A program made the translations under genes and the position numbers. DNA of 64,000 bases from positions 62,001 through 126,000 of the forward strand of contig LWCA01000001.1 of the NCBI GenBank assembly GCA_001642005.1. The letters run 5' to 3'. This document shows positions 14,525 through 28,500 of this stretch, piece after piece. This DNA is from Intoshia linei. Its lineage: Eukaryota > Animalia > Orthonectida. A model generated the notes under the pieces. It was not told the origin of the DNA. It did no database searches and saw only the letters and a list, made by a program, of their open reading frames with translations. How positions within the stretch are numbered: position 1 is the first letter of the stretch; each line of letters starts with the position of its first letter.

Positions 14525-17500
14525 ATGGAGAATGCTCCACATCTGTTACTTTTATGTGAAAACTTAAGTTCTGATTCTGGATTTTCTGAAAATATAAACG
14601 ATAATTCACGCATCAAAAAAGATTCCATATTTTTGATTGAATACAAAGAAAAGAAAAATATATTGGCAAAGTCAATAAAACTAAAAAAATATGAAATTAT
14701 AAAGGATGCATCGAAAAATACATTGAACCATAGTTTCTCAAACAATGCTACTAATAATTCAAATATAAATATTATGGATAATGTGAATATTACATCTTCA
14801 GTCAATTCTTCCAAATCTGGAAAGTTTACTAGAAACACTTTCAAGTTATGTAATATTCCTGTTTCTCATTATCAATTAAAAAATACTCCATCAAATAAAA
14901 AAAAAAGATGGAAAAAGTGTAAATCTAATGAAAGTTTACACAGTTTAGATGTGGCATCTAATCAAAACACTACAATCTCTTGTTTATCTTGCTGTTTTAC
15001 ATCTGCAATGTAATATTAATTAACTTTTTATAATACACTAGCTTAGCTGTTTTGTACTAAGTACAAACAGCACCCAGTTCTACCGAGGGCGATTTATCTA
15101 AATTTAACATTAAAAATTTAAATTCTAACATGATTCATTAACAATTTAATAAAAATTAAAAATACCAATTATGTATCAATAATTAACGGAAGCAGCAGTT
15201 TAAAAACATATTTCGGATAAAATATACTAACATATAAATTTGTAAATACAAAAATAAAAATAAAGTTGTAATTTTAGTTGCTGTAGTTTTAAAATTAATT
15301 TCGTTAAATTTTTATAAAACTGAGTATTTGAGAATGAAAAATTGGGTAGCAATGAAAAAAAATCCGAAGGAATGAATTATATAAATTTTCACCCATATTT
15401 CTTTATTAGAAATGTGTAGACGTTCAATGCACATTTTTTTGAAATTGTAGATTTACATTTTCATTTTTGATTTTTAATTGATTTATTTGAAAAATATTGG
15501 TTGAATATATTAAAAGTATTTTTCACCGAGAATGCGTAGATTTCTCGGGTTCAAATTTTGTATTTATATCAACTTGAATAAGCTGTATCAGAATAATCTT
15601 TTTTTTAATTGTGGGACAGTTAATTATTTAACATTTTTTTTTTAATAAAATAGTTTCGAAACAAAAAAATATGCCTACAAATTGTACTAAAGTGCAAAAA
15701 AATGCTTTTTTGACCTTGAAGGCGTCACTTATTCAGATTGAAATTTTGTATGTGTGTTAACAAAATACAACTGTACCACCTGTAAATTTTTTACATTCTA
15801 GGACTGTTTTCATTTAAAAAAAAATGGTAATTTGGGGTTTTGGCTCTGAAGATATATTTTTATTAAAATTAAATTTATGATAATTATATTATAATATTGA
15901 TAATTTTAAAATCTGTATCAGAGTACATTTTTTTAAATTTTCGAACTGGTTTGATTTTCAAAAAAAAGGGATATTTGGGTTTTTGACCCGTAAGATGTGA
16001 ATTTCGGAGGTTCACATTAATCTTACTTGTATACTCGTAATATTGAAATGACGATAACACACAGACAAATAAAACGTTTTATATAAATAAGAATATATGA
16101 GGAATTCAAATACTTTATTTTCGATAAAGCTCAGGAATAAAAATTAGGGTTTATTACGGTGAGATCTTTACAATCTGAAACCTAGATTATTCTGGAAGGT
16201 TTAAGAAGAGTTCATAATTACCAATTCTGAAAACTAATTATATATAATCCATATATTATTTTATATACGTATATACGTTAATTAATATCCAGACGGATGA
16301 ATTTTCATTTTTTTTTGGAAATTAAGCAGTTATTAAATAATTATTGAATAGCCTTTAATTATAATTAAGCGTTTGTATTATTTAAATTTTAGAATGTTTG
16401 TTAATTAAGTTAATGTAATTAATGAAACCACGTTTTTGATTTTTCATATTATAATAATTATAATTAATCAATGATGATTTAATGACGGCTCAAAATTAAA
16501 TATTTCCTTTTTTTACGGAATTTCTAAAAAACATAAAAAAATAGAATTTGAGCACTCGGTCGCATGAAAATATTAAGTGGGCAGTGCGGCCCGCGAGCCA
16601 CATGTTGGACATTCCTGTTTTCATTATATAAAATTAGATGTCTGTGTTTTTATTTGTGTCTGTTTATCTATGTTATCGTTTATTTAAAAAATTAAAAGTC
16701 GTAGTATTTTAAAAACTTATTTTTAATACAGTTTTCCCAGAACGTGTTTATAAGTTTATAAGAATTTTTTAGTTTCCTAATTTGAGTCCTTTCAGGATCA
16801 AAAACCCAATTTTCTCGTTTTTTTAAAAAATATATCAACCCTAAAATTTAATAAAACATTCATTCTGAGAAGCGTTTTAAAATGATTAACATTGTCGTAA
16901 ATTTTAGCCTCAAAAACGCACACATTCATGGTCAAAACCACAATTATGTATGCACATGTAAAGGATTTGAATACAAAATATATAATAGAAAAATTCAAAA
17001 ACATCAACCCTCCTTTCTTTGCATTCGTTCATTTTTTGATTTATTACAAGTTAATCATTATATAGTAATTTTACACATTTTTGAATTCATTATTTTGAAA
17101 AAATGCGTTTTAAGACAATAAATAACATTAATTGAATCTATTCAATTAAATTTTATTTCGAAATCATGTTTAGCGTATTGATTATTTCAGATGAATTACG
17201 AGTTGTAATTTGCTAGTCAAATATTTTCTAATGTATACCATACTTAGAGTTGTGAATTTTGTTTAAATTAAGGACAGTAAGCATTCATTTATTTATCAAG
17301 TTAAAACTGATAAAGCCGTCTGAAAAAAACTGATTTAATCATTTATGTCTATTTAGAAAAAAACCAATAGAAAAATCCGAAAGTTTGAATGATAAAATTA
17401 AAAACAAATCAGATCACATTTACCATAGCATGTATTTATTTTTATTTTAAAAAGCTTTAATTGAAAATATAGGCCCAATTTTACTAAAAATGTGGAATCA

Positions 17501-18830
17501 TGGAAACGTTGTTTGGAAAATATTTTAGTAGATGCAAGTAATTATTTTGTATTTAAATATAGAAAAAAAATTAAATTTAGTATATTCTTTTATTTTTATA
17601 TTATTTATTTAATTTGCCGTAAATTACCCTAAACAAAAATTTTAGTTTTCTATATTAATCTATTTATAAAATTATATAATATAATTAAATTTTTAGTTGG
17701 AATCAATTTATTCAGAAAATATTTAGAATCTGAATATAGTGATGAAAATTTACACTTTTATCTTGCTGTAGAACAATTTAAACGTGTGGATGAAGTACAT
17801 ATTCCCAAAATGGCTAATAAAATATTTAATCAATTTATTTCTGTTCTGTCGGAACGAGAGGTTTAATTATACTCTCTTATATATTAATCTGTGTCGTCAT
17901 TTAAATTTTAAACCATAAAAAAATCATCGGGAAGGTGAAATGTTTTATTGCGAGCACGGTGTGGTGATTGCAATTTGATAATTCTTAAAAAATCAATCAC
18001 CTTTTGCATATTAAAATAATAAAGTATTTGAACTTTTATTATTTATGAAATTCATGTTATTTGTGACTATTTTTAGGGCTGTAACTATATTTTAAGTTTT
18101 TTTAAGAGTACGCCATCATTATCCATAATATATTAAAAAATCGGACCTCGTCAGAGCTAGCTGTTGTAACTAGCTAATATGAAATAAAAGAGATGCAATA
18201 AATAATACATAAATTCCTAGAATTTATCAAAATATTTTTCTAATACAGTTTATTCTTGTTGACCCAGAGAAAAAATGCCAATCTCAGAAATCAGCATATC
18301 CCCGTTAAAAACGAATTTTAATATACATTTAATGTATTATCATTATTATTATGAACCAAAATTTTTAATTTATAAAGCTAGGATTATTTCTTGTTATTTA
18401 TTTTAACTGAAAATTTGGGTAAATTTTGGTTAAATCGAAGTATTCAATTTCATTTTTTGGTTAGTAACATTAAAATTTTTATATATGAAAACGCGCACCC
18501 TCGGCAGAGCTGGCTAATACTTGTACAAAGTACATATCAGCCAAGCCAGTAATACTAAAGATTTATTTAATTTGATATAATAACGCTATCATCAAAAACT
18601 ATTTTAATTATATACCATATCTAATTAAACATGAATAGATTAGCGTGGATGCTAAATGTAGAAACGAAATTAATGAATCATTGACAAATCCAACTCGAGA
18701 AATGTACAATAATTGCCAATTACAAGTATTAATGTTAATGAAAAGAGACAGCTATATGAGATTTTTAAATTCAAGCATATTTTTTGATTTTATCAGACAC
18801 CAAATTTCAATAAAAAAAAATAATGGATAA
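14525..18830 (+). CDS. Regulator of G-protein signalling, RZ subfamily (RGS17/19/20-like)
   Basis: Exons 14525-15009, 17357-17431, 17473-17537, 17697-17860 and 18639-18830 have compatible phases. RGS box FRKYLESEYSDENLHFYLAVE..FISVLSEREISVD..MYNNCQLQVLMLMKRDSYMRFLNS. Cys cluster SCLSCC lies upstream of the box. Confidence 0.88.
15038..16093 (-). mobile_element. Non-autonomous Helitron, near full length, in RGS intron 1
   Basis: 5' end A|TTCTTATTTATATAA at 16093. 3' hairpin TGTACTTAGTACA and CTAG|T at 15038. Confidence 0.75.
18240..18549 (+). mobile_element. Helitron 3' fragment
   Basis: Ends ccctcggcagagctggc..tgtacaaagtaca..caagccag|t. Confidence 0.6.
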
Positions 18831-19436
18831 TTATTTTATTATTGTACTATTAAATTTTAAAATTATGCCTTCACATTTACAATGTGGATTATTGTAAGTG
18901 TATCAACAATTATTTCTACATTTTCAAGGGTTTCAAAGATGTTTTGAATAATTAAATTAATTAATTTAATGTACAATTAAGAATGTTATGGATCAATAAA
19001 TATTGTTTTGATTTTAACCATAAACAATTTAGATTCCAAGATTAAATATGAAAGATTGGTCCCTACAAACCTAACTTAAGACTGAATAACTATGGAACCA
19101 ACGAATATAAAAAATAACCTTATAATACACCAAAAAATGTTTTTAAATACCATTATATCTGAATTATATAGATTCAAATTTGAAATTTTTAATGATAAAA
19201 TAAGTATATGCACACTTCAAACCAAGTTAAGACTGAAAAACTAAGGACAAATAAAAACGGTCCATTTTAGTCATGTTTTGAAAATTTGATAAAATGAAAA
19301 ATCCAAATTTGCATAAAACTATTTGTTTATGTGTGTATCTGTCTATCTCACTGATTTCTAACCTTTTTCACCACAGCGCCCCGCAGCATCATAAAATAAT
19401 TCCACCGCCCCTTATTTTTTTTTGCTATACACTTAT

Positions 19437-20940
19437 CCTTACTTATATAATATGTCAGTGCTTTCCAATCCATTTTGGTTGGCGACACACATTTTAATCT
19501 GAAAACTTTTTGCGACACACCAATCTAAAAATATACTATTGATTCGTTGAAAAGAAATTTTTTCTAATAATTTTAAAATAAATATAAAATTACTGCTCCA
19601 CTATAGATAAAAAATAATTATATATGTAATTGTAATGAGATATAATAATTAATTTATTGGTATACAAAAATTATAAATTTAAGTTGTTTACAGAATCTAT
19701 TTGTAAAAGTGCGGTTGTTTAATTTGTGTAAATAAGAGTATAAAGTCAGATATGTACATAAGAGATATAGCAACGCTACAGTAATGTTATTAAAAAAAAT
19801 TACATTTGTTTTTCATTATTTCAAAAACGAATTATTATACATATTTTGAACGATATGAAAAAGTGTATTTGATAATTAATTTGATGTTTTATTTATTGAT
19901 TTTGACTGTAAGATGAATTTAATCAAATTTAGTGAAAAATAACGCTATTTTAGTTACATTTGAAAATCTTATTTATGCTATTTAGAACCAAAAATTTTAA
20001 AAAATAAATTAATTAAATTTTAAAAAGTTTGGCGACACACCGGTTGGAAAGCACTGTAATATTCTATGCAATATTTGTTTCTGTGTGTGTTATCGTTTAT
20101 TTCAATAACTACCAGTCTTATAATTTTATAAAGTCCACATTTCAAATACAGTTTTTTGTGGGAGTAATAATAAGATACATTTCAACCTCACAAACTCACA
20201 TCTTATGGGTCAAAAAGCTCATTTGTCCTTTTTTTTTGAAAATCAAACGAGTTGGAGAATTTAAAAAAATATATACGCTGATGCGGATTTAAAAATCATA
20301 AATATTATCATAAATTTAAAAAAATTATATCTTCAGAGCCAAAATTCCAAATTACCCTTTTTTTATGAAAAAAGCCCTAAAATTTAAAAAAATTTACAGG
20401 TGGTACAGTTTTATCCTGTTAACACACACAAATAATTTCAATTTGAATAAGTGACACCTTCACGGTCAAAAAAGCTTTTTAGTATTCATATTATTTTCCG
20501 AAATATTTTATTAAAACAAAAAATGTGAAATAATTAACTGTCCGAAAATTAAAAAAAAAGATTATTCTGATAGAGCTTATTCCAGTTAATATAAATACAA
20601 AATTTCAACCCGAGAAATCTACACATTCGAAATGAAAAATAATTTTTAATATACAATATTTATCAGTATTATCAACCAATATTTTTCAAATGTTTCGATT
20701 AAAATAAAAATTGAAAATGTAAATTGATCCTACAATTTTAAAAAAAATATACATTGAACGTCTACACATTTCCAATAAAGAAATATAGGTGAAAATGTAT
20801 ATAATTCATTTCTTTTGAATTTTATTCATTGCTACGCAATTATTAAATTTCAAATTCTCATTTTCAAAAAATTTTGTTTAAAATTTAAATTAAAACTACA
20901 ACGATTACTAAAAGTAATACAACTTTGTTATTATCATCTT
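19437..20940 (+). mobile_element. Non-autonomous Helitron (5' end intact), interrupted by a MITE
   Basis: A|TCCTTACTTATATAATATG start. The sequence resumes after 20056 with ctatgcaatatttgtttctgtgtgtg and the family subrepeats. Confidence 0.7.
19456..20056. mobile_element. hAT MITE (601 bp)
   Basis: 13-bp perfect TIR cagtgctttccaa/ttggaaagcactg. TSD taatatgt/taatattc. Subterminal ggcgacacac repeats. Confidence 0.85.
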
Positions 20941-21154
20941 TATATTTATTGAAATCCAAAATCAAACATAACTGTAATTACATGAAAGTTTAAATTTTTA
21001 TTATCATTACATAATGACATAATTCATACTAAATAAATTATATATAGTCGATTAAAGAATACGTTTTTTAGTTCCGTTCAGATTTAACTAAAAATTAATT
21101 ATTATTAATTAATTTATTGCAATAATAAGTGTAAATTAAATTAAATGTGTTAAA

Positions 21155-21313
21155 TTAGGGTTGCTGATCATGGGGGAATTGGGCAAAATTTATCCACAGA
21201 AAAGCTATAGTATATTAGTAAATGATTATTTTGATTACGACAAATATCTTGCATCCAGTAACAGACTTGTGACATGACGCAACTTCCTCTATCATAATAT
21301 AAGTTACAGACTT
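21155..21313 (-). CDS. Second cysteine-rich cassette (cassette B; paralogous or alternative exon pair)
   Basis: Acceptor ttttag at 21314, then VCNLYYDRGSCVMSQVCYWMQDIC with the same Cys/Trp spacing as cassette A. A 34-nt intron (21238-21205) with a tactaat branch point precedes the tail PFLWINFAQFPHDQQP*. Confidence 0.5.
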
Positions 21314-21642
21314 CTAAAACAAAATATAGGTAAATATAAAAATAATTAATGTTGAATAACTTCATATAATTAAAATTTAAAATTGATTCATAGAACGGTT
21401 CGAATTTATGGAAAAATTTTATATATCAAAAATCTAAAATTTTTGAAAAATAACCAATTAATGAATGCCTTAAAATGTAGGTCTTATCTATTATGTGCAA
21501 TATAAAAATCTCAAATTGTTAGCGAAGCAAAATAAATAGAAGAATTATTAAACTTGGACTTATTTATTAAAAATTTTGAATATTTTTAAAAAAAATAATA
21601 AAAACAATATTTTAATTTTAACTGTAAATATAATAAATTTTT

Positions 21643-21930
21643 TTATTTTGAATGAAATTTTGCATTCAGTTTAGCTAAAGATTTAATCAAACCATTGATA
21701 ACCAAAAATAAATATATTACTTTGTGAACATGAACTAGTATTTGTATCCCAAGTGCAGTGATGACTAACCTTACAAGCCTGCGAATTTGGTAATTTATCA
21801 CAATCTAAATTGATATATCAGTATATGCAATATTTGGATAATGAAATGAATCAAACTTACGATTAGCCATTACCATATTGTAACACGACATTGATAAACA
21901 AAATACAAGGATATTTTTGAAAAAATACAT
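21643..21930 (-). CDS. Small secreted cysteine-rich protein (~61 aa), cassette A
   Basis: Exons 21930-21861 (donor gtaagt), 21804-21721 and 21674-21643 give MYFFKNILVFCLSMSCYNMVMANHCDKLPNSQACKVSHHCTWDTNTSSCSQTKLNAKFHSK*. The N-terminus is signal-peptide-like. Confidence 0.6.
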
Positions 21931-22159
21931 AACAATACGACAAAGATAATGAATAAAAAATTAAATTCAAGCAAAATTAATATATAAATAATTTGACGTT
22001 AAATAATATACAATTGTGAATAAATCATAGTGGTTTGTTTGTGTTATTAATTGTTTTATTGTAATAGTAGTATTATTATAAACTAGCTTGACTGGTATGT
22101 ACTTCGTACAAACAAAAGCTAGCTCTTCAAGGTCCGGTTTTTTAATTGATTATAGACAA

Positions 22160-22445
22160 TCCTTACTTATATAATATGCTACGCAATATTTGTTTGTGTA
22201 TGTGTGTGTTCCACTTTATTTCAATAACTACCAATGTTAGAATTTTATAAAGTCCACATTTCAGTTGCAGTTTTTTCCGGGGTGATAATAAGATACATTT
22301 CAACCTCACAAACTCACATCTTACGGATCAAAAACTTCAATTGTTTTTTTTTTGAAAATCAAACGAGTTGAAGCATTTAAAAAAATATATACGCTGATAC
22401 GGATTTTAAAATTATAAATTTAAATTTAAAAAAATTATATCTTCT
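22160..22445 (+). mobile_element. Helitron 5' fragment, adjacent to an inverted 3' stub at 22083-22150
   Basis: atccttacttatataatatgctacgcaatatttgtttgtgtatgtg. Upstream actagcttgactggtatgtacttcgtaca is an inverted 3' end. Confidence 0.7.
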
Positions 22446-22583
22446 ATTATTATACTCTTATATATTCTACTATTATTAATAATATATTATAATTATAATC
22501 GATAAAAAAAGGATTATTAACAAATGGAGTTTTGTTTTTTATTAACAAAAATATAAACAAAGAGTATAAACTGGAAAAAATAA

Positions 22584-25500
22584 TTAAACAAGCATTCCTT
22601 CTGAGACTATGTGGATATTGTGTCTTTTGTGATTAATTAAAAACTTTGGTTTTGAAGGTTCAGAATTGTAATTCAAAGTAGCTTCATTGGATTCACAGCA
22701 AATATATTTATTCGAACAATTTGTAACTAATACATGATTATTAATTAATGTTGTTAAAATTACCATTTGCATCACCGTTAGATACGTGACCACTATCTTC
22801 AGAATTTATATCTGGAGATCCATTTCCTTTAGATTTTCTAATCTAAAATAATTTTTTAAATTTTATGCATAGAAAATAAATTAAACTTAATTATCACTTC
22901 GTATACATTTTGTACTGAGATTTATAATTTATATTTATAAATTATAATACATATTGTACTTATTTTATACGAAAATCCCTACATTCATTCTTAACTTGGT
23001 TTCGATATGAGCTTAAAATATTTACTTTACCCAAAAGCACTAACTATACTATATAAATATTTATAGTGTTATAATCACTAGTATTATATACTATCTTACT
23101 TACAACTGTTAACTAATTAATAACTGTATATAAAATTATTCAGCTAAAAATGTAAGTCTGTTTATTTATTTATCTGTTATCATTTATTTCAGAAAGTAAT
23201 AGGTGTAGAGTTTTAAGAATACCAATTTTTAATACATTTAGTTAAGGGTGAAATTTTATCGCAAATTTGATTTTCAGAAATTGAGTTCTTCAAGGTCAAA
23301 AACCCTAATTATACTTTTTGTAAAAATCAAACAAGTCCTAGAACTTAAAAAAATATTCACTTTGATACAGATTTTAAAATCATGAAAATTAAGATAAATT
23401 TCAAAAACTTATATCTTAACCGCCAAAACCACAAATTACATTTTTTTAATTCAATTTTATATAAATAAAGTATTAAATGTCAGTGTGTTTGTGAGCGTCT
23501 GTATGTTACCGTTTATTTAAAAGATTAATCGTCTTAGAATTTAACAAAGCCCAATATCTAATACAGTGTTTCGCAGGTGATGTTTATATCTATGTTTCAT
23601 TTCCTGAAGTTGAGTACTTCAGAATTAAAAACCCAATTTGCCGTCTTCAGTCAAAATAGTAATAAATTATTTATGTATAAAAAATACCCATTTTCTTTTA
23701 AAATTGATAATGCAATCATTGTGTGAACTTGAAATCTAAAGCAAAAGAATTAGCAAATACATTAAATAATTATTAAATTATAAACAATTGATGACAAGGG
23801 ATTTGTAAATGTCGAGTATATTCGTGTTATAATTATAGTATATAATTTTAATATGTTTAGCGGCAAAATAAAAAAGAATGACGATAACTATAATTTAAGA
23901 GTATGTAGTGTTATTAATCAAAATAATTTTCTTATTCACAGTTGGAGACTGAATCGAAGCAGATGTAAAATAAAAAGCAATTATTTATTGATTTTTTGAT
24001 ACATTAAAAAATGGCGGCACGATGATTAAATTAATGAAATCTTAGAATGTGTGACCTTGAGATAAGCAGTCACCTCAGTTTAAAGATTGAAAATTAGTAA
24101 TAGTAATTTACAATTGCATATTAATTTACCATCTATAAAATTATAAAATTTGAAAATACGCATATTAATATTATTTTTTACCGTCATTCAACACCGACCC
24201 AAGTAAAATTTTCAAATTGCTAAATTTACCTACTTAACTTTTTATACAGTATAATTAATTGACTCATTTTAAAATCGAGATTTACATCCCCTTCAAATGA
24301 TACGTACTACACATTATGTAGTTAAGATTTTTTACTTTAAATTAAAGTTTAAGCAAAATTAGTTTATCAAAAAGATGTAAAAATTATACTAAAAATAGTA
24401 CATTTGAACATGTAAAACATTAATATGCAATAAATCGTAAAAAATTTAATTTTATATTGACATTGATGTTTACAACAATATAGGGCGTTTAAAAATTAAA
24501 TTAACGTCACCTTTTTAAATAATTTATCAATTAGTGAAAAGTGACAATTGTAAATTTAACAAATTTTTTTTGTCAACATTTCATTAACTGTCTAGCAATG
24601 ACGGGAAATCACATTCATATCAACTAAATTAAATAATTACCATCTTCAACCTTCAATCTTAATATATTGCCTCGATTCACATCATTTCACTTTTATAAAT
24701 AAAATCAAATCAAAGTTTTGCATTTCATGAAAGTTACATTAGATTTGATTCAATTTATGTATTCAGTTTTTATTAACAATTGAAAATTAGTTTTTTAATT
24801 CAATAGATATTTAAAAAAATCTTATTTTTAACAAAAATAAAAGTAAATCATATAGATGAATGATGATTTATAGATACAATGCAATATTCCAAAAAAAAAG
24901 TGGTGAATTTGCAATTTTTTATAAAAAAATTAATTAAAAGCTTACATGTTTATTAGACAGTCTTGATAGTCATAAGCGTAAAAAAATAGGAACAATTAAT
25001 TTCCTTATCTATTAGTTAATAAATCATAGATTTTAATCATCGTGCCAGTGGGAACGGTAAAATATTACTTTTTATAAAAAAAACTTAATTGTTACTACAT
25101 CATGTATCAAATTCTTTGTAATGTAAACCATACATTGTATTAACACGTAAACAGATTAATTATTTAAAGAAAGTCTTAGAGTTTTAGTTTTGATAAAGTT
25201 ATAGGACATATTGTTTTGTTTGTTATGTTTGTGACATTAAGTGACTCTTTTCATTAAAAAATTAAAAAATAATGGTAATTTAGGTTTTTTACTCTGAAAA
25301 CCTCAATTTCAGACAATCTAATTTTCCATAAAACATAAATTTTGGAAAACTATATTAGAAATTGTGTTTTTTTGAATTCTAGGAAGATTAATTTTTTGAT
25401 TAAACGGTAATACACATATAAATTCAATTTTATATAAGTAAGGGATACATTTGATGTCCACGAAACTAATTAAAATTATAAAACGTGCCTATCCGTCAAA

Positions 25501-28500
25501 AAGGGAGAGAATCCGTGTAATAAATAATAATCTTCAATTTAAGTTCACTATAATTATAAATCTGATTGTAATTTGAATCAACTAATATTTTAACACAGGA
25601 TATATATTTTAAAATAAAAAAATATTAGTATACCATTTATAATCAAAACTTGACCTAGTAAGCATTAAAATGTAAAATTTTAATGGTATTTTAATTGTCG
25701 CACTACTTATATGTGAATTGAATAATAAGGTTCATTATGTTATAATCATTTTTGTAAACAAATTAATAAATACTATTAGTATTTAAGTATTGATTTACTT
25801 GAAATATTTGGATTTTGTAATTTTGCGCCAAATTATAGTGTTACACGTAGTTCTCAGCTGATGTTATTAAATTTAAAATTGAGTTCACCAACAAAGTCGA
25901 ATCAAAGTTTTTGATTTAACACTCGTATATACATTTTATAAATATTTCCAAGTGCAATAAAATTCTGAGATTGATTTAAAAAAAAAGGGGATTATCTCCG
26001 CCATCAATTAAATAAAACGTTGATTAATTCAAAATGGTTTATAGATAATTTTAAGAACCGTTTGGTCATGAAAACATTTACCTAATATGATACAAAAAGT
26101 TTTTATTAGATTTAAAATAATTAGAACATTTTTTTTAGATAAGGTTGTTGACTAAAAATAATAATAATATAATCCCAAAATTGAAATTTAGTCAATTCAA
26201 GGTAAATAATTAAAATTTGCCACCCTAAATCGTAAAACTTTAAAATATTTAAAAATGTTAACAAGATTTACAGTGTACATTGTACACAGTGTGTCAATTT
26301 ATTAGGCAGATCACTAAAATTGATGTAATAAACTTTAGGAATAATGAAAACTTAATTTTTTTTTGTAATTAGGTGGCTTTTAATTGATGTTAATATTATT
26401 CATTAAAAAAACTAAATTTAATATATAAAAAAACTCTTTATCCACATATTATCGTTTATTTACTTAAATTAGTGTGTCAATTTGTTAGGCAAATTTGAAA
26501 TAGCACAAAAAAATGACTTAAATAATGACGAAAACTGTCAAATAACAAACTTATTGGCCAGAGGAAAGACAACTCTTCAAATATCCAAAGTTATAAAACG
26601 CGACCATTGAACAATTAAAAAATGGGCTATTTACCCATCAAAAAAAATGATAGGTCAAAATGTGGAAAAAAAGATACTGAAACCGCGAAAATTATCTTGA
26701 TTAAGGAGGGAAGTATCTACCACACCACTTGCCACTAGTTCCAAATTATTTACAACTTGTAACATTACTAATGTCTTGAGAAATACTCGTTGTAGAGTAT
26801 TAAAAACCATTGCTTCTGTCAAAAAATCTACGAAAAGTCCAATTTTAAAGCCAATTCATAAAATAAATCGTCTTAATTGGGCTAAAGTCAATTTAAAGAC
26901 AAATTTCCAGATGGTTCTGTTCACTGATGAATGCCGTGCAACTTTAGATGGACCGGTTGGGTGGTCAAGCGGCTGGGTACTTAATGATGCTAAATTTCCG
27001 ATTAGATTGCGTCGCCAACAAGGTGGAGGATTGGTCATGTTTTGGGCTGGAATACTTGGTAGTCAAGTATTAGGCCATTTCGAATTCCAAGTGGCGTTAA
27101 AGTGAATTCTAAACTGTAATACTCACTATTTTGGCATGTTTAAATTTTGATAGTACATTAATTTATATTATACATGTATATTAATATATAGAATTTGACA
27201 TTAATTTAAATTTATTTTCGAAATTTCATGCAACTTTAAAAAATATAGCTGTAAAATGATTTTTATTCAAAAATTTTTAGGTTACTACCGTCGCCCTCCC
27301 CAAAAAAACTGGTTTGCCATCCCTTGGGTGTCGAAACCTCAAGTTAAGAACCCATAATTTAAAAAAATTATTATAAATATAACATAAAAATTACGGAATG
27401 TTCTCCTGTTGGTCTAGTGAGCTGTTTAATGATGCAACGGACAAGAAAACTTAAACATAGGACGAAAAGACCAATACTTCCAACAGTACTAACAATAATG
27501 ATGCTTTTACGTTCCATTATACCTCTAAACTCGTCCGTATGGATACTTTGAATTATATTGGATCTGATTTTGGTACGTTGATTGATATAAATATGTAGAG
27601 AACCATATGCAACATGATATTTTTCCGTAGAATCACTAACTTTAATTATCAATTTAAATATTTTCAAAATATCAGAATCATCTTTGGACATTATATTATG
27701 GAAACTTTTGATATTTTCCATAATTCCATTATAAGGATCAAGAATAAAATAATTTTCTTCATTACCCTCGACAATTTCATAATATAAAATTTCATTGTCA
27801 TTATCGGCATCAATGGCATTCACAGTTGTAATTAAATTGTATATTTGGAGATGTGGGGATATCTGGACGACGTAGTTGTCGACCGTTGGAAAAATAAAAA
27901 CCGGTGCATTATCATTATCATCTTGAACATGAACCGTTGTAACAATTGTACTAGATTTTTCAGATTCGTGAGAATTTTCTGTTTCATATGTTGGATTATA
28001 AGCTTTAATGTTTAATTTATGGTAATGATATTGTTCTCTATCCAAAGTTTTTTCAACGTAAATGGTACCGTTGTTTTTATCAATTGAAAATATATTGTAG
28101 GTTGTGACATCAGTATCATTTGAATTTTGTCTGATTCGATGGTTTATGTGACTTTTTATGGAAATTATTTTATATTCAACGATTGAAAACGGTGATATTT
28201 CGGTATCTATTGCTTCAACTGAACCAACTACACTACCTTCTTTTGAATTTTCAGAAATTTCAAAAATATAAGATTCAAATTTGAACACTGGTGGTTCGTC
28301 GTTAATGTTTATTACATTCACTATCATGTCTATCCCTCTACGTAATTGTGGGGTTCCATTGTCGTGAGCTATAATGTGTAGATTGTAAAAAGTGTTTTGT
28401 TCATAATTTAGATTTGACAATGCGTAAATTTCTCCATTTTGAGTAATTTTAAAATTGGATTTTTCAGTTATAGATGTATTGTTGTCGACTAAAATGTACG

